Shown: positions 19,213-28,430 of the stretch, piece by piece
Layout: every line of letters starts with the position of its first letter
Position numbering within the stretch: position 1 is the stretch's first letter
Origin: Enterobacteria phage vB_EcoM_IME341
Sequence record: MH051917
Length of the DNA: 64,000 nucleotides
Reading direction: 5' to 3' (one strand)
Position numbers and translations under genes: made by a program
The notes under the pieces: model-generated
Databases searched by the model: none
Seen by the model: only the letters and a program-made list of their open reading frames with translations
Told to the model about the DNA's origin: nothing

Positions 19213-19503
19213 ATGAAATCTGCATTCCGTTTTAATGGTCAAGAACTGGTAGTTGAAAACGTTATTCCTGCTTCCGAAGAGTTTGACAGTGCCATTGGTA
19301 ATGAATTGCGTCGAGTTTTCGGTGAAGATAAGCAATTTGATATCCGTCCTGTTGAGAACTTTTCTCAGCCGGAACAAACTGAAAATATCTTTAATGGTGT
19401 AGTGACTGGTCAGCTTGAATCCGAAGCTCCTATTTCAGTTACGGTATTTGTTAAAAAGCAACCATTAACGACGGCGGCAGGTTTCATTTCGTTCCGTAAG
19501 TAA
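19213..19503 (+). CDS. Hypothetical protein (alt-downstream ORF)
   Basis: 96-aa ORF with GAGGAG Shine-Dalgarno behind an early-type promoter; followed by a bidirectional terminator. Confidence 0.55.
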   Translation: MKSAFRFNGQELVVENVIPASEEFDSAIGNELRRVFGEDKQFDIRPVENFSQPEQTENIFNGVVTGQLESEAPISVTVFVKKQPLTTAAGFISFRK

Positions 19504-19512
19504 ACCCCTAAA

Positions 19513-19537
19513 GGAGAGCGTATGCTCTCCTTTTTTG
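19513..19537. terminator. Bidirectional rho-independent terminator between convergent alt-region and gene 54 transcripts
   Basis: GGAGAGC-GTAT-GCTCTCC hairpin followed by TTTTTTG on the plus strand. Confidence 0.75.
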
Positions 19538-20491
19538 TTATAACAACCTCGATATTCCATTATTAATAGTACGCCCACCAAATGTATTAACCAATCCGGT
19601 CAATCCACTAGAAGCTCCTGAAAGTCGGCTTAATTTAGCTACTGAAGAACTCAGTGAATTACTCTCACTTAGGCCCGCCACTCCTTTAAGGACTTTATCT
19701 TCCAGCCATTCATAAGCAGCCTGTTTACCGACTGCACCCGTCTGCACACTTCTATAAGCAAATGTAACATCAAACGAAGCAATTTGGTTATCACCGTCAT
19801 AAGATAATTCGGGCGATGAAACACTCACAGGAACACACCCATTAAGCATTACTACTGTATGAGGTAATCCATTACGAGAATGAAGGTTGACTTGAATATC
19901 AGCTTCAACATCCTCAGGTAATGCTCTTAATTGTGTAATAGGGTCTTGAACACTATTGACCCAATCATTAAAAGCACGGTAGTTAGCAGCTTCAGAATCC
20001 ATACGGAAGCTTAATACCAATGGAGAATATTCTCTTCCGGTAATTTTGATATTAGGCGAGTTGTGGTTCAAATCCATTTCATAGTTCAAAGTATTATCCG
20101 GGATTTTAACGGCATGGACTAAAAGACCTGCCGTAGGATAAGCCATATTGAAAAAATCCATTAGATACGTGCCTACTTCAAACTCTCCTAGTAAGCTCTG
20201 CACAACCCTGGATGACATAGCTCCAATCAGATATTTACTTACGCCTGACTTACGAATGAGCTTCTGAGTGCCCGCTGTCACTAATGTCGTAACACCTTGG
20301 GTCAACTCTCCTTGTGTAATACCAAACAAATCGCTATTCAATGGGATATTGTTAAATAAAGCTCCACCGAACTGGTCGAGGAGCGCTTGGGATTTAGAAG
20401 AAGGAACTGTAGCAAATACTACACTAAACAGATTATTCCTCTGTAGGTCAATATTAATTGCCTGGTTCTGAAATTCTTGTAAAGTATACAT
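19538..20491 (-). CDS. 54: Baseplate tail-tube initiator gp54
   Basis: 317 aa; high similarity to T4 gp54 (MYTLQEFQNQAINIDLQRNN.FS.VFAT...LITAGTQKLIRKSGVSKYLIGAMS). Confidence 0.92.
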   Translation of the reverse strand: MYTLQEFQNQAINIDLQRNNLFSVVFATVPSSKSQALLDQFGGALFNNIPLNSDLFGITQGELTQGVTTLVTAGTQKLIRKSGVSKYLIGAMSSRVVQSLLGEFEVGTYLMDFFNMAYPTAGLLVHAVKIPDNTLNYEMDLNHNSPNIKITGREYSPLVLSFRMDSEAANYRAFNDWVNSVQDPITQLRALPEDVEADIQVNLHSRNGLPHTVVMLNGCVPVSVSSPELSYDGDNQIASFDVTFAYRSVQTGAVGKQAAYEWLEDKVLKGVAGLSESNSLSSSVAKLSRLSGASSGLTGLVNTFGGRTINNGISRLL

Positions 20492-21579
20492 TAGAATCCT
20501 TCCGTATAAAGTGAGCCACGGTTCAGAGTAATGATTTCACGGAAAGTAACTTCTAAACTAAACGTAGATGGTAAGTTAGGAGCAATAGCCAATCCGTTAA
20601 AATGGCCATCCGGAGTTTTATCAAATCGTATACTCTGGATTTGGCATGGACCAAAAATATCTTCACGACCATCATATGAACTGCTATCGCCAAAGTTTCT
20701 GATATACCAAATGGTCGGGTTACTTACCACAATAACATTAGAAAGGAAGCTTGTAATACTTTCCCCTAATAGCTTACCGTCAAACTTGTCAATAGCTTCT
20801 TTTTTAAACGTAGAACGATACCAGGTATCAATCTTCTCTTTTAATTCACCAGCGAAGGCTGAGTTGCCGGTTTCACCATAAGAATAGTAATTAAAGATTT
20901 CGTATATTTTAATAATCTGGATAAGGTCTTGGGCGTTTCGTGGGGTCATTTCCCAAGTAAATACCTTAGTACGGTTATCCGGACCTGCGTACATACTACG
21001 GGCGGTAGTGTATATCTGCTCACCTGAATCGGCCATTACGCCATTAGTCACGGATTCCAACGCACCAAATACAGCAGTACTGGCAACGTTACTTAAAATA
21101 CCCGTAGCAGTACCACCACCTTTAGTAATTAATGATTCACCGACATCATTAAATTTATGGGTGACCGAATCTACGTCAGATTTAGAACGTGGGAGTAAAA
21201 TATTTGCCAAAGCTTGGTTGTCAAATTTAACTCCCTTGGAGTTATTACTAAACAAGTTTTTAACTGCACTGAATCCTCCGGTATTACCGGTAAGTTTACC
21301 AGTAGCCTTTGAAAACTTTTTAGTCATTTGACTTGAACGGTCGTTACGCAAATCAGGTGATACACGAGAGCTAAAATTATATGCCGTAAAAAGTAAGCCA
21401 TTTTTATATAAATCGCTTAACACCATATCTGTAGAGGTGTCATTACCGGAGGCCCTTTCTGCCGGGTATTGGGCCGTTACTGTAGTTTGTATCGGTTTAG
21501 CTTTAGACTGGCCGGCGGAGGTCTTTGAACCTCCTTTAAACAAGGAGGCTACATCAAAGTCAAGTTCTTTTACTTTCAT
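20491..21579 (-). CDS. 48: Baseplate tail-tube cap gp48
   Basis: 362 aa (T4 gp48 364 aa); position between 54 and 29; ATGA overlap with gene 54. Confidence 0.85.
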   Translation of the reverse strand: MKVKELDFDVASLFKGGSKTSAGQSKAKPIQTTVTAQYPAERASGNDTSTDMVLSDLYKNGLLFTAYNFSSRVSPDLRNDRSSQMTKKFSKATGKLTGNTGGFSAVKNLFSNNSKGVKFDNQALANILLPRSKSDVDSVTHKFNDVGESLITKGGGTATGILSNVASTAVFGALESVTNGVMADSGEQIYTTARSMYAGPDNRTKVFTWEMTPRNAQDLIQIIKIYEIFNYYSYGETGNSAFAGELKEKIDTWYRSTFKKEAIDKFDGKLLGESITSFLSNVIVVSNPTIWYIRNFGDSSSYDGREDIFGPCQIQSIRFDKTPDGHFNGLAIAPNLPSTFSLEVTFREIITLNRGSLYTEGF

Positions 21580-21587
21580 TATTAATC

Positions 21588-23324
21588 CTAATTAACTTTA
21601 GTAGCTTGACGCATACCAGGAGCCGGAGTAGAGGACTGTGGAGGTAAATTATAACTGGTCTTACTCGTTTTCTTGATATTCGTTTGCTGATTTATTTGAG
21701 TTGGAGCTTGCTGACTATATTTAGCATTTTCCTTTGCTCTCATTTGTTCGTCAACCTTTTTAACCTGAGTATTTTCAGGGGATTCCGCTACAGAGGCAGG
21801 TTTAGGCTTTTCGGCTTCGTTAAATTTCTCTAAAGATTTATTCATCTTATCAAGTAATTGCTGGATATTAAGGTCCTTCGGTGCTCCACCTTTAGCCATA
21901 ATAGGGTCAGCCAATTGTTTCTCGATATCAGCTTTATATGCTTTAGCATTTTCGATATCTTTAGAATCAGGCTTCATTATATTATCAGCAGTTTGAGTCA
22001 AACGAATAATATCGGCCTGGGCTTTATCACGTTTCTTGAAATACTCCAAACGTTCTTCTTCAGGGAGGTCACGGAAGCTTGTGTCAATTCCACCTGCGCG
22101 TAATTGGTCAGCTTGTTCTTTAGTAAGATTACCGTATTTCTCTGCCTGGTTTATAAGCTCAGGTTTATTCTTATACTTCTTATTCATTTTCTCGGCTGTT
22201 TCTAAAGCCTCAGCAGAACGTCTATCATGGTACTTGGCTACTTTAGTTTGGTCTTCGTCATCTAAAGTGGCTCCAGTATTTTGCTGATATGACATTAAAG
22301 CGGAAGCCTCTACGTTTTCAGCCAACTCACCCATACCAGGTATTTTGCTTAAAATAGCAGAAATCAACTTAGAAATACCGACCATTAAAAGCTGAGCCAT
22401 ATTTTTAGTAAGATTAACCATACCGCGAATAATAGCTTCGGCCAGGCCTAACCAGTTCCCTTCACTAAACATAGCCTCGGCATTCTTGGCCCATGTCATT
22501 AGCCCTTCAAGTAACGGGCCCCACTCTTTAAACTTATCGTTAAATTCTTTCCACCCTGCCTCAAATTGGTCCATGAAATATTGGAAGTAAACACGAATAG
22601 CATCTATACCAAATATTAAAAGAACTAAACCTGCAGCGAGTTTAGCAGCTTCAGCGGCGGCAGTAATGGTATACTTAAAAAGCATACCTGAAATTCTATC
22701 AGCAACGCCTACAGAAGCTTTAAATCCCTTTTCAGTTATTTTAGTAAGGGCTTCAATTTTCTCGGAAAGAGGAGACTTAGCGCCTTCTTTACCTTCATCT
22801 GAATTTTTAGGAGGCTCGGGAACAAATTCAGCGTCAGGTTTATTGTCTTCCGGTGGAAGAATATCTTCAACAACAGCAGGAACTTTAGGAGTTTCGGCCT
22901 TAGGTTCTTCCGGAATAGAGTCTTCAATAACCTTTAATGAGCTCCCTTCAGGTGGAATAGAAATACCAGAAAATTTAGCCTCCAACATATTAGAAAGCTT
23001 ATTAATCTTTTCGTTTAATGCGTCCGAAAGAGCTTTAGATTGTTGGGTTTGTTCTGATATAGCTTCAGCTGTTAATTCTGTTCCAGCGACAACATCTTGG
23101 ACGCTTTTATCTACTCGGTCTACAGAACTAATAATCTGATTAGACTTTGTCTCAACCACTTCAGAGAGCAATTCAGACGCCGCCTGGGAATCGGATAAAA
23201 CATCTGATATATTTCCTAATTCGTCGTTCTGAGTTTGGGCTAGCGCCTCAGCACGACGCTGAGGAGCCATTTCTTCAATCAGTTTATTGCGACGAAAACT
23301 ATTCTGATTAGATTCGTTCTTCAT
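21588..23324 (-). CDS. 29: Tail tape-measure / baseplate hub protein gp29
   Basis: 578 aa; alanine/glutamate-rich extended protein, N-terminus [17 protein letters not shown]... resembles T4 gp29; synteny. Confidence 0.88.
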   Translation of the reverse strand: MKNESNQNSFRRNKLIEEMAPQRRAEALAQTQNDELGNISDVLSDSQAASELLSEVVETKSNQIISSVDRVDKSVQDVVAGTELTAEAISEQTQQSKALSDALNEKINKLSNMLEAKFSGISIPPEGSSLKVIEDSIPEEPKAETPKVPAVVEDILPPEDNKPDAEFVPEPPKNSDEGKEGAKSPLSEKIEALTKITEKGFKASVGVADRISGMLFKYTITAAAEAAKLAAGLVLLIFGIDAIRVYFQYFMDQFEAGWKEFNDKFKEWGPLLEGLMTWAKNAEAMFSEGNWLGLAEAIIRGMVNLTKNMAQLLMVGISKLISAILSKIPGMGELAENVEASALMSYQQNTGATLDDEDQTKVAKYHDRRSAEALETAEKMNKKYKNKPELINQAEKYGNLTKEQADQLRAGGIDTSFRDLPEEERLEYFKKRDKAQADIIRLTQTADNIMKPDSKDIENAKAYKADIEKQLADPIMAKGGAPKDLNIQQLLDKMNKSLEKFNEAEKPKPASVAESPENTQVKKVDEQMRAKENAKYSQQAPTQINQQTNIKKTSKTSYNLPPQSSTPAPGMRQATKVN

Positions 23325-23835
23325 TTAAGATATCCATGATTTTAAGCAATCCTTTGATAGGACCATTAGGACCAGGGATAGCTACAGTAGAAGTTATATC
23401 GTCGGCCCATGTAGCAACAAAGGCAGGCATATCCAGAAAATCTGGTACATCATCACCAAGGTAAAGAGATTGTAATACACTATCAACAGGACCAAATGTT
23501 TGGAATGGTTCGTGTGATTTAAATTTAAACGTTTTACCTTGGAACTGGAATTCAAGTCGCTGGCAGATATAAAGGTCATTTAAGTTATAAGTAAATCCGT
23601 CTTTAGTTACTTTACTTTTTAATCTTCCATTGAATTCTAAAAGGTGGAGAGCGGCAAAATCGGTCTCTGCCGCAGATAAACCTTTATAAATGGAATTCAT
23701 TAATATGTGAAGAGCCTTGTAAGGGTCCTTTTCATCTTTAACCAATTTCTGGTGTTTAAGACCCAATTTAGGAATAGAAATCTCTTTATCACCCAGCGTT
23801 ATTTTCTTGATCGGGAGTATCAGTTTTAAGTTCAT
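23308..23835 (-). CDS. 28: Baseplate hub distal subunit gp28
   Basis: Internal Met ([28 protein letters not shown]...) gives about 175 aa, matching T4 gp28 size and sequence; the 5' end overlaps the gene 27 3' end. Confidence 0.8.
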   Translation of the reverse strand: MNLKLILPIKKITLGDKEISIPKLGLKHQKLVKDEKDPYKALHILMNSIYKGLSAAETDFAALHLLEFNGRLKSKVTKDGFTYNLNDLYICQRLEFQFQGKTFKFKSHEPFQTFGPVDSVLQSLYLGDDVPDFLDMPAFVATWADDITSTVAIPGPNGPIKGLLKIMDILNEERI

Positions 23836-24958
23836 TTTTAACCTTCGGTGGTTCTTCAATCTTAATAGGCTTACCATTAGTAAACATATAAAGGTTTGTA
23901 ATTGATGTATTGTTACTCACTTCGTGAATAACTTCGTCTACATAAAAATCGTATTGGAACTGGTTTTTAGGGTCATAGAAATTAATCTTATCACCTGGGG
24001 TTAATTCAAAGTTCCCATATACTTTGCAATGAGCATAACCATCGTATTGGGCCATAGTAACCAATCTATCAGCTTCTTCAAATCCGTTTCGGTAGGTATA
24101 ATCAGAATATCCACCTGAACGAGAAACTAATATACTGTTTTGCCCATCACCAAAAGTAATTCGTGTGGCGTTTTTATCCAAGAAGGAATGGGCATATACT
24201 GTAGCATTTTCGTACGGCTTTCTGGTATGCTGGTTAGCTTTAGTTAGCCATTCAAAATCAAATGCGATAGGAGTGTCCATATCTTGGACATATTGGCCTA
24301 TTAAACGAGGCTCACCGACCACAAAATTAATTGGCTCTTGATTAACCATAAATTCGTAGTCCATGATAGAAATACCATCTATATCTTCCCAGACAAATAC
24401 AAATTTATCAGATTCAACGGCCATACCTACTTCTCGTACAAATTCCATATAACGGTCCATTGAATCACACCAAGGAACATTAGGAACGTAAACGTTTATT
24501 CCGTTCAACGGAGGTGCAAGAAGTGGACGGTCTTGGTAAATAACACCAATCATTTCTGTTAATGTTTCTTGAACACTAGGGAAGAACATACGTCCGAATT
24601 TAAGATTTTCTAAAAAGTGGATAGGGGCGAGTTGTATTGTTATGATATTGTCGCCCTTCGAATCCACTCCTACGGCAAAGTGTTTACTTCCATAAATTCT
24701 TGATTGGGTACGTTCTGAGTTAGCGTTCTTAACGGAAACTTGGATAATCTGCTCGCCATCCATTTTAGTATGAAGGTTTTTTGCATCATAAAACTGGAGT
24801 AATCCTTCATTACTACCGTAAAGTCCATCCCTCATTGTTAGGGTAGTAAATGTTGCACCTAGTTCAACAAAACGATGCTCTAACCAGGCGTCATAATCTT
24901 CGTAAAGGCGTATACTAATATTAGGAAAGCCTTCACGCTGCATAGTTTTTGAACTCAT
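23789..24958 (-). CDS. 27: Baseplate hub subunit gp27
   Basis: 389 aa; similarity to T4 gp27 (..YDAW...TTLTMRD.LYG.NEG.LQFYD.KN.HTKMDG). Confidence 0.92.
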   Translation of the reverse strand: MSSKTMQREGFPNISIRLYEDYDAWLEHRFVELGATFTTLTMRDGLYGSNEGLLQFYDAKNLHTKMDGEQIIQVSVKNANSERTQSRIYGSKHFAVGVDSKGDNIITIQLAPIHFLENLKFGRMFFPSVQETLTEMIGVIYQDRPLLAPPLNGINVYVPNVPWCDSMDRYMEFVREVGMAVESDKFVFVWEDIDGISIMDYEFMVNQEPINFVVGEPRLIGQYVQDMDTPIAFDFEWLTKANQHTRKPYENATVYAHSFLDKNATRITFGDGQNSILVSRSGGYSDYTYRNGFEEADRLVTMAQYDGYAHCKVYGNFELTPGDKINFYDPKNQFQYDFYVDEVIHEVSNNTSITNLYMFTNGKPIKIEEPPKVKNELKTDTPDQENNAG

Positions 24959-25707
24959 TTCTTAAGGTCCTTTTCAACCAAAGACAAAGCAATACCGCGT
25001 TCGATTGGAATCATCTGCATAATGCTTTCTAATGAATAATTGTTCTTTACCAGTAAATGGTTTATTTGGTAAAATAAAAATATCTCATCCGGATTGACTA
25101 TAAGCTTAAACACCTCTAAAATATCGGTATACGTAATTGTTCTACGATTACAGCACCCATATTTAAGCTCAAAGTGGATAGGGCTGGTTTGTTTGACTAT
25201 ATCCTCTAAAGTGGATAAGTCTATAGCATCTATTACCGCTAATTGGTCTTCTTCAGAAAGGTCAGTCCAATTATATTTCCCGTTTTCATCTTCTACGGTT
25301 TGGAGGGTGTTCAAAATCAATTCAGATTTGTCGAGATATTCTATTTCCGGAAATTTGAATGTTAGTTTCAAGCCGGCCACTTCAATTGTAGGGTTATCCA
25401 ACTTGGTCTGTTTCAAATTAAATAAAACTTGTCTATCTTTTTCGCACTTACTGCAAGTGTATCGGATAGGAATTTTAGTCTTGCCGAGTGATGACGTATA
25501 CAATTCAATAAACATGTATGGACGCCATGACATAGGGTACTCGCCGAAGTATTCTTCCAGTAACTCATCTAAAATTTGTTTTTGCTCTTCAGGCGATTTA
25601 TTATTCATGTCATTTCGAATCAAAATAAAATCACGATAATCAGCTACTGTAAAAGGTTTAAATCGGTGGACTCCATCGGGCATTTCACAACGTACTATAT
25701 TAGCCAT
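24955..25707 (-). CDS. 51: Baseplate hub assembly catalyst gp51
   Basis: 250 aa (T4 249 aa); ATGA overlap with gene 27; TATAAATA late promoter upstream. Confidence 0.85.
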   Translation of the reverse strand: MANIVRCEMPDGVHRFKPFTVADYRDFILIRNDMNNKSPEEQKQILDELLEEYFGEYPMSWRPYMFIELYTSSLGKTKIPIRYTCSKCEKDRQVLFNLKQTKLDNPTIEVAGLKLTFKFPEIEYLDKSELILNTLQTVEDENGKYNWTDLSEEDQLAVIDAIDLSTLEDIVKQTSPIHFELKYGCCNRRTITYTDILEVFKLIVNPDEIFLFYQINHLLVKNNYSLESIMQMIPIERGIALSLVEKDLKK

Positions 25708-25728
25708 AAGGGTATCCTCTTATTGATG

Positions 25729-25740
25729 TATTTATAAATA
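25729..25740. promoter_or_regulatory. Divergent overlapping late promoters for gene 51 (-) and gene 26 (+)
   Basis: TATTTATAAATA contains TATAAATA on both strands, about 20 nt from each start codon. Confidence 0.7.
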
Positions 25741-25758
25741 AGCTTAAAGGAGAAGACA

Positions 25759-26382
25759 ATGAATTATACTTTTGACGTAAAAATTAAAAACAAAACCATA
25801 AAATGCAGAGCATTTACCCTCAGAGAGTATAAGGACTTGCTCCAAGCTAAATTAGAAGGCAGAATAGAGTCCTTTATCAATGAACTCATTTCGAATTGCA
25901 CAGATGCTCGTGATTTAAACAAGCAAGAATCTGAGCTCCTGGTGATAAACCTGTGGGCCCATTCATTAGCTGAAGTGAATATAGAACGTGAGTGGGTTTG
26001 TAGTTGTGGGCGCTCACAGGTTGTCCCTATGACACTAACTCGCGCAACATTAGGTAAAGAGCCTGATGTTATTAAAGACTTTGGCAACTTTAAAATTGTT
26101 TTCAGATACCCTAAACTCTTTGAAGATAAAAATAGGGCTATGATGGTCGCAGGATGTATCGATTATATTTTAACTTCTACAGGCGAAAAGCTTTTTCTTT
26201 CAGATTTAAGCGATGCGGAACTTGATGACCTTTATTCTGTGATAACAGAAAAAGATATAAAAGAAGTTTATGATGCACTAGTTGCCCCTAAGCCTATTTT
26301 GGCCATACCTATTTCTTGTGAATGTGGTGAACATACTGTCCACGTTATTGAGGGACTTAAAGAGTTCTTTAAGGTGATGTAA
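25759..26382 (+). CDS. 26: Baseplate hub subunit gp26
   Basis: 207 aa (T4 208 aa); divergent from gene 51 with a shared palindromic late promoter; synteny. Confidence 0.8.
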   Translation: MNYTFDVKIKNKTIKCRAFTLREYKDLLQAKLEGRIESFINELISNCTDARDLNKQESELLVINLWAHSLAEVNIEREWVCSCGRSQVVPMTLTRATLGKEPDVIKDFGNFKIVFRYPKLFEDKNRAMMVAGCIDYILTSTGEKLFLSDLSDAELDDLYSVITEKDIKEVYDALVAPKPILAIPISCECGEHTVHVIEGLKEFFKVM

Positions 26383-26771
26383 TGAATATCAATAAAATGT
26401 ATTCGGATTTAGACCCTGAAATGAGGACGTCTTGGAATAGAGACGTTGCTAAAGCTATAGGGGCCCGTGCAGTAAAAAATAGCTTGTTAGGCATTATTAC
26501 TACTCGCAAAGGTTCACGCCCTTTTATGCCTGAATTTGGTTGTGACATCAGCAACCAATTGTTTGAGAATATTACTCCATTAATCACAGACACCATTAAG
26601 CGTAATATAGTTTCCGCTGTGCGGAACTTCGAACCCAGAATTTCTGCCCTGGCTGTAGGCGTTACACCTGTGTATGATGACAACTCTATTATAGTGACGG
26701 TCCAGTTTAGTATCGTTGATGACCCGGATACATTAGAGCAAATTAGAATTCAGCTCTCCCAGAGTGGTTAA
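26382..26771 (+). CDS. 25: Baseplate wedge subunit gp25 (gpW/lysozyme-like fold)
   Basis: 129 aa; gp25-family sequence (SLLGIITTRKGSRPFMPEFGCDISNQLFENITPLITDTIKRNIVSAVRNFEPRI). Confidence 0.9.
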   Translation: MNINKMYSDLDPEMRTSWNRDVAKAIGARAVKNSLLGIITTRKGSRPFMPEFGCDISNQLFENITPLITDTIKRNIVSAVRNFEPRISALAVGVTPVYDDNSIIVTVQFSIVDDPDTLEQIRIQLSQSG

Positions 26772-26829
26772 TTGCTGTTCAAATGAATAGTGTATAATGG
26801 TCCTATGGTTATTACACAGGAAACATGCG

Positions 26830-27267
26830 ATGAGTAAAGAGATTGAATATAAATTAGAGTCATTCCAAGATGCTTTGGATGAAGATTTGAAGATTGATGG
26901 GACTCGTTTACAGTATGAAGTACAGAACAACGTTTTGCTGCACAGCAAATGGCTAAGACTGTATACGAATTGTAAGAAAGAAATAATGAGATTAGAAATC
27001 CAGAAAAAGACCTCACTTAAGAAGCGATTAGATTTCTACACGGGACGTGGAGAGCCTGGTGATGAGGTTTGTATGGACCAATATGAGAAGTCTGAATTAA
27101 AGACCGTAATGGCTGCAGATTCTAGTGTAATTAAAATCGATACGTCAATCCAGTATTGGGCTTTATTACAGGACTTCTGTAGTTCGGCTTTAGACGCAGT
27201 CAAAGCCAGAGGTTTCTCATTAAAGAATATGTTGGAGCTCAGGAAATTTGAAGCAGGTGAAAAATAA
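26830..27267 (+). CDS. uvsY: Recombination mediator UvsY
   Basis: From the internal Met behind AGGAAA: MSKEIEYKLESFQDALDEDLKIDGTRLQYEVQNNVLLHSKWL... matches T4 UvsY throughout (...RGFSLKNMLELRKFEAGEK). Confidence 0.93.
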   Translation: MSKEIEYKLESFQDALDEDLKIDGTRLQYEVQNNVLLHSKWLRLYTNCKKEIMRLEIQKKTSLKKRLDFYTGRGEPGDEVCMDQYEKSELKTVMAADSSVIKIDTSIQYWALLQDFCSSALDAVKARGFSLKNMLELRKFEAGEK

Positions 27268-27946
27268 AAAGTACCATATGTGCTACCAAACTTTAGTATA
27301 CTCGCCTAACGGAACTAGGCGATATTTTGGTAAGCATTCTTCTGATAAAATATCTGACAAGTATGTAGGGTCTGGTAATTACATCTATTATGCAAAAAGA
27401 TTAAAATACCGAATTGAAATAGTCGATAGGACTTTTTTCGATACCGAACAACTTGCTTATGAATTCGAAGAGCTTTTGATAGAAGAGGCTTGGGATAAGT
27501 TTGGTAAAGGTATTCGCTGTATGAATATGAAACCTGGTGGTGAAGGAGGTAGTTGTACTACTCGTTCTCCTGAATCTATTGAAAAGAGTGCGTCGAAAAT
27601 ACGAGGTATTCCAAGGTCTGAATCCACCAAACAAGCCATAAGTGCGGGTCATAAAAGAAATCCATATTCTCATACAGAAGAAGCTAAAAAAGCTATGTCA
27701 TTAGCCAAATTAGGTAAGAAACGTACCAAAGAGGCTAATGAGGCCCATATAGGTAAACATTCACAGCCTAAGCTTTCTATGAGAAGTAAATTATGGGAAT
27801 TTGAAAAGGAAATCCGTGAACTTTGGATAAAGGAAGGAATGCCTAAAAGAAGGAAATTTCAACGCATAATAGTTGAGAATGGATTTCCTGATTTAGATGT
27901 AGGTTATATGGTTAAAACATTTGAAAAGAATTTGGCTAATAAATAG
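27248..27946 (+). CDS. Seg-like GIY-YIG homing endonuclease
   Basis: N-terminal GIY-YIG-like core (CYQTLVY...YVGSGNY), followed by repeated NUMOD3-like basic motifs (STKQAISAGHKRNP, EEAKKAMSLAKLGKKRTKEANEAHIGKH); inserted between uvsY and the uvsY.-2-like ORF. The start may be the ATG at about 27278. Confidence 0.75.
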   Translation: MKQVKNKKYHMCYQTLVYSPNGTRRYFGKHSSDKISDKYVGSGNYIYYAKRLKYRIEIVDRTFFDTEQLAYEFEELLIEEAWDKFGKGIRCMNMKPGGEGGSCTTRSPESIEKSASKIRGIPRSESTKQAISAGHKRNPYSHTEEAKKAMSLAKLGKKRTKEANEAHIGKHSQPKLSMRSKLWEFEKEIRELWIKEGMPKRRKFQRIIVENGFPDLDVGYMVKTFEKNLANK

Positions 27947-27974
27947 ATATGTAAGTTAAACTAAGGAGACAATC

Positions 27975-28142
27975 ATGTCAGATAAGATTTGCGTTGTCTG
28001 TAAAACTCCAATCGATGCTGCATTGGTTGTTGAAACAGAAAAAGGTCCGGTTCACCCGGGTCCATGCTATAATTACGTTCAAAGCTTGCCGGTTACGGAA
28101 AACACTGAAGAACAGCTGAACGAAACCCAATTATTAATTTAG
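27975..28142 (+). CDS. Small Cys-rich (Zn-ribbon-like) protein, uvsY.-2-position ORF
   Basis: 55 aa, not in the track; strong Shine-Dalgarno (TAAGGAG-N7-ATG); CxxC...HPGPC; followed by a hairpin plus T-run. Confidence 0.55.
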   Translation: MSDKICVVCKTPIDAALVVETEKGPVHPGPCYNYVQSLPVTENTEEQLNETQLLI

Positions 28143-28182
28143 TCTAGTGTGTATAGCCATTTTATGGTTATTGGCCCTTCCG

Positions 28183-28210
28183 AAAGGTTGGGCCTTTTTT
28201 GTTTAGAAAT
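28183..28210. terminator. Terminator between convergent uvsY.-2-like ORF and uvsW.1
   Basis: GGCCCTTCC-GAAA-GGTTGGGCC hairpin followed by TTTTTTG. Confidence 0.7.
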
Positions 28211-28430
28211 CTTCCTCTTCCTCGTCGTCCATCGACTCCAATTCAGCTCTCTTACCAGCCAATGCATCGCGTACGCTGATATCATCCGAATCACGAAGTT
28301 CGGCTTCCTTACTACGAGTTTTGTAATACTTCTCTAATTCCTCCAGACCTTCCATGGTCTGACACGAACTAATTTTAGACATGAAGCTTTCAATAGATGC
28401 TTCCTGAATAACTTCTTTAAAGGTTTTCAT
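28203..28430 (-). CDS. uvsW.1: UvsW.1 (small acidic partner of the UvsW helicase)
   Basis: 75 aa immediately 3' of uvsW with an acidic C-terminus (ESMDDEEEEDF), as in T4. Confidence 0.8.
   Translation of the reverse strand: MKTFKEVIQEASIESFMSKISSCQTMEGLEELEKYYKTRSKEAELRDSDDISVRDALAGKRAELESMDDEEEEDF

Noticed and set aside
22666-23139. 157-aa plus-strand ORF, and other 60-130-aa ORFs antisense to genes 29, 54, 48, 20, 22, 18, 17, 7 and 6
   Set aside because: All lie wholly inside well-supported structural genes on the opposite strand and lack Shine-Dalgarno sequences; treated as spurious.
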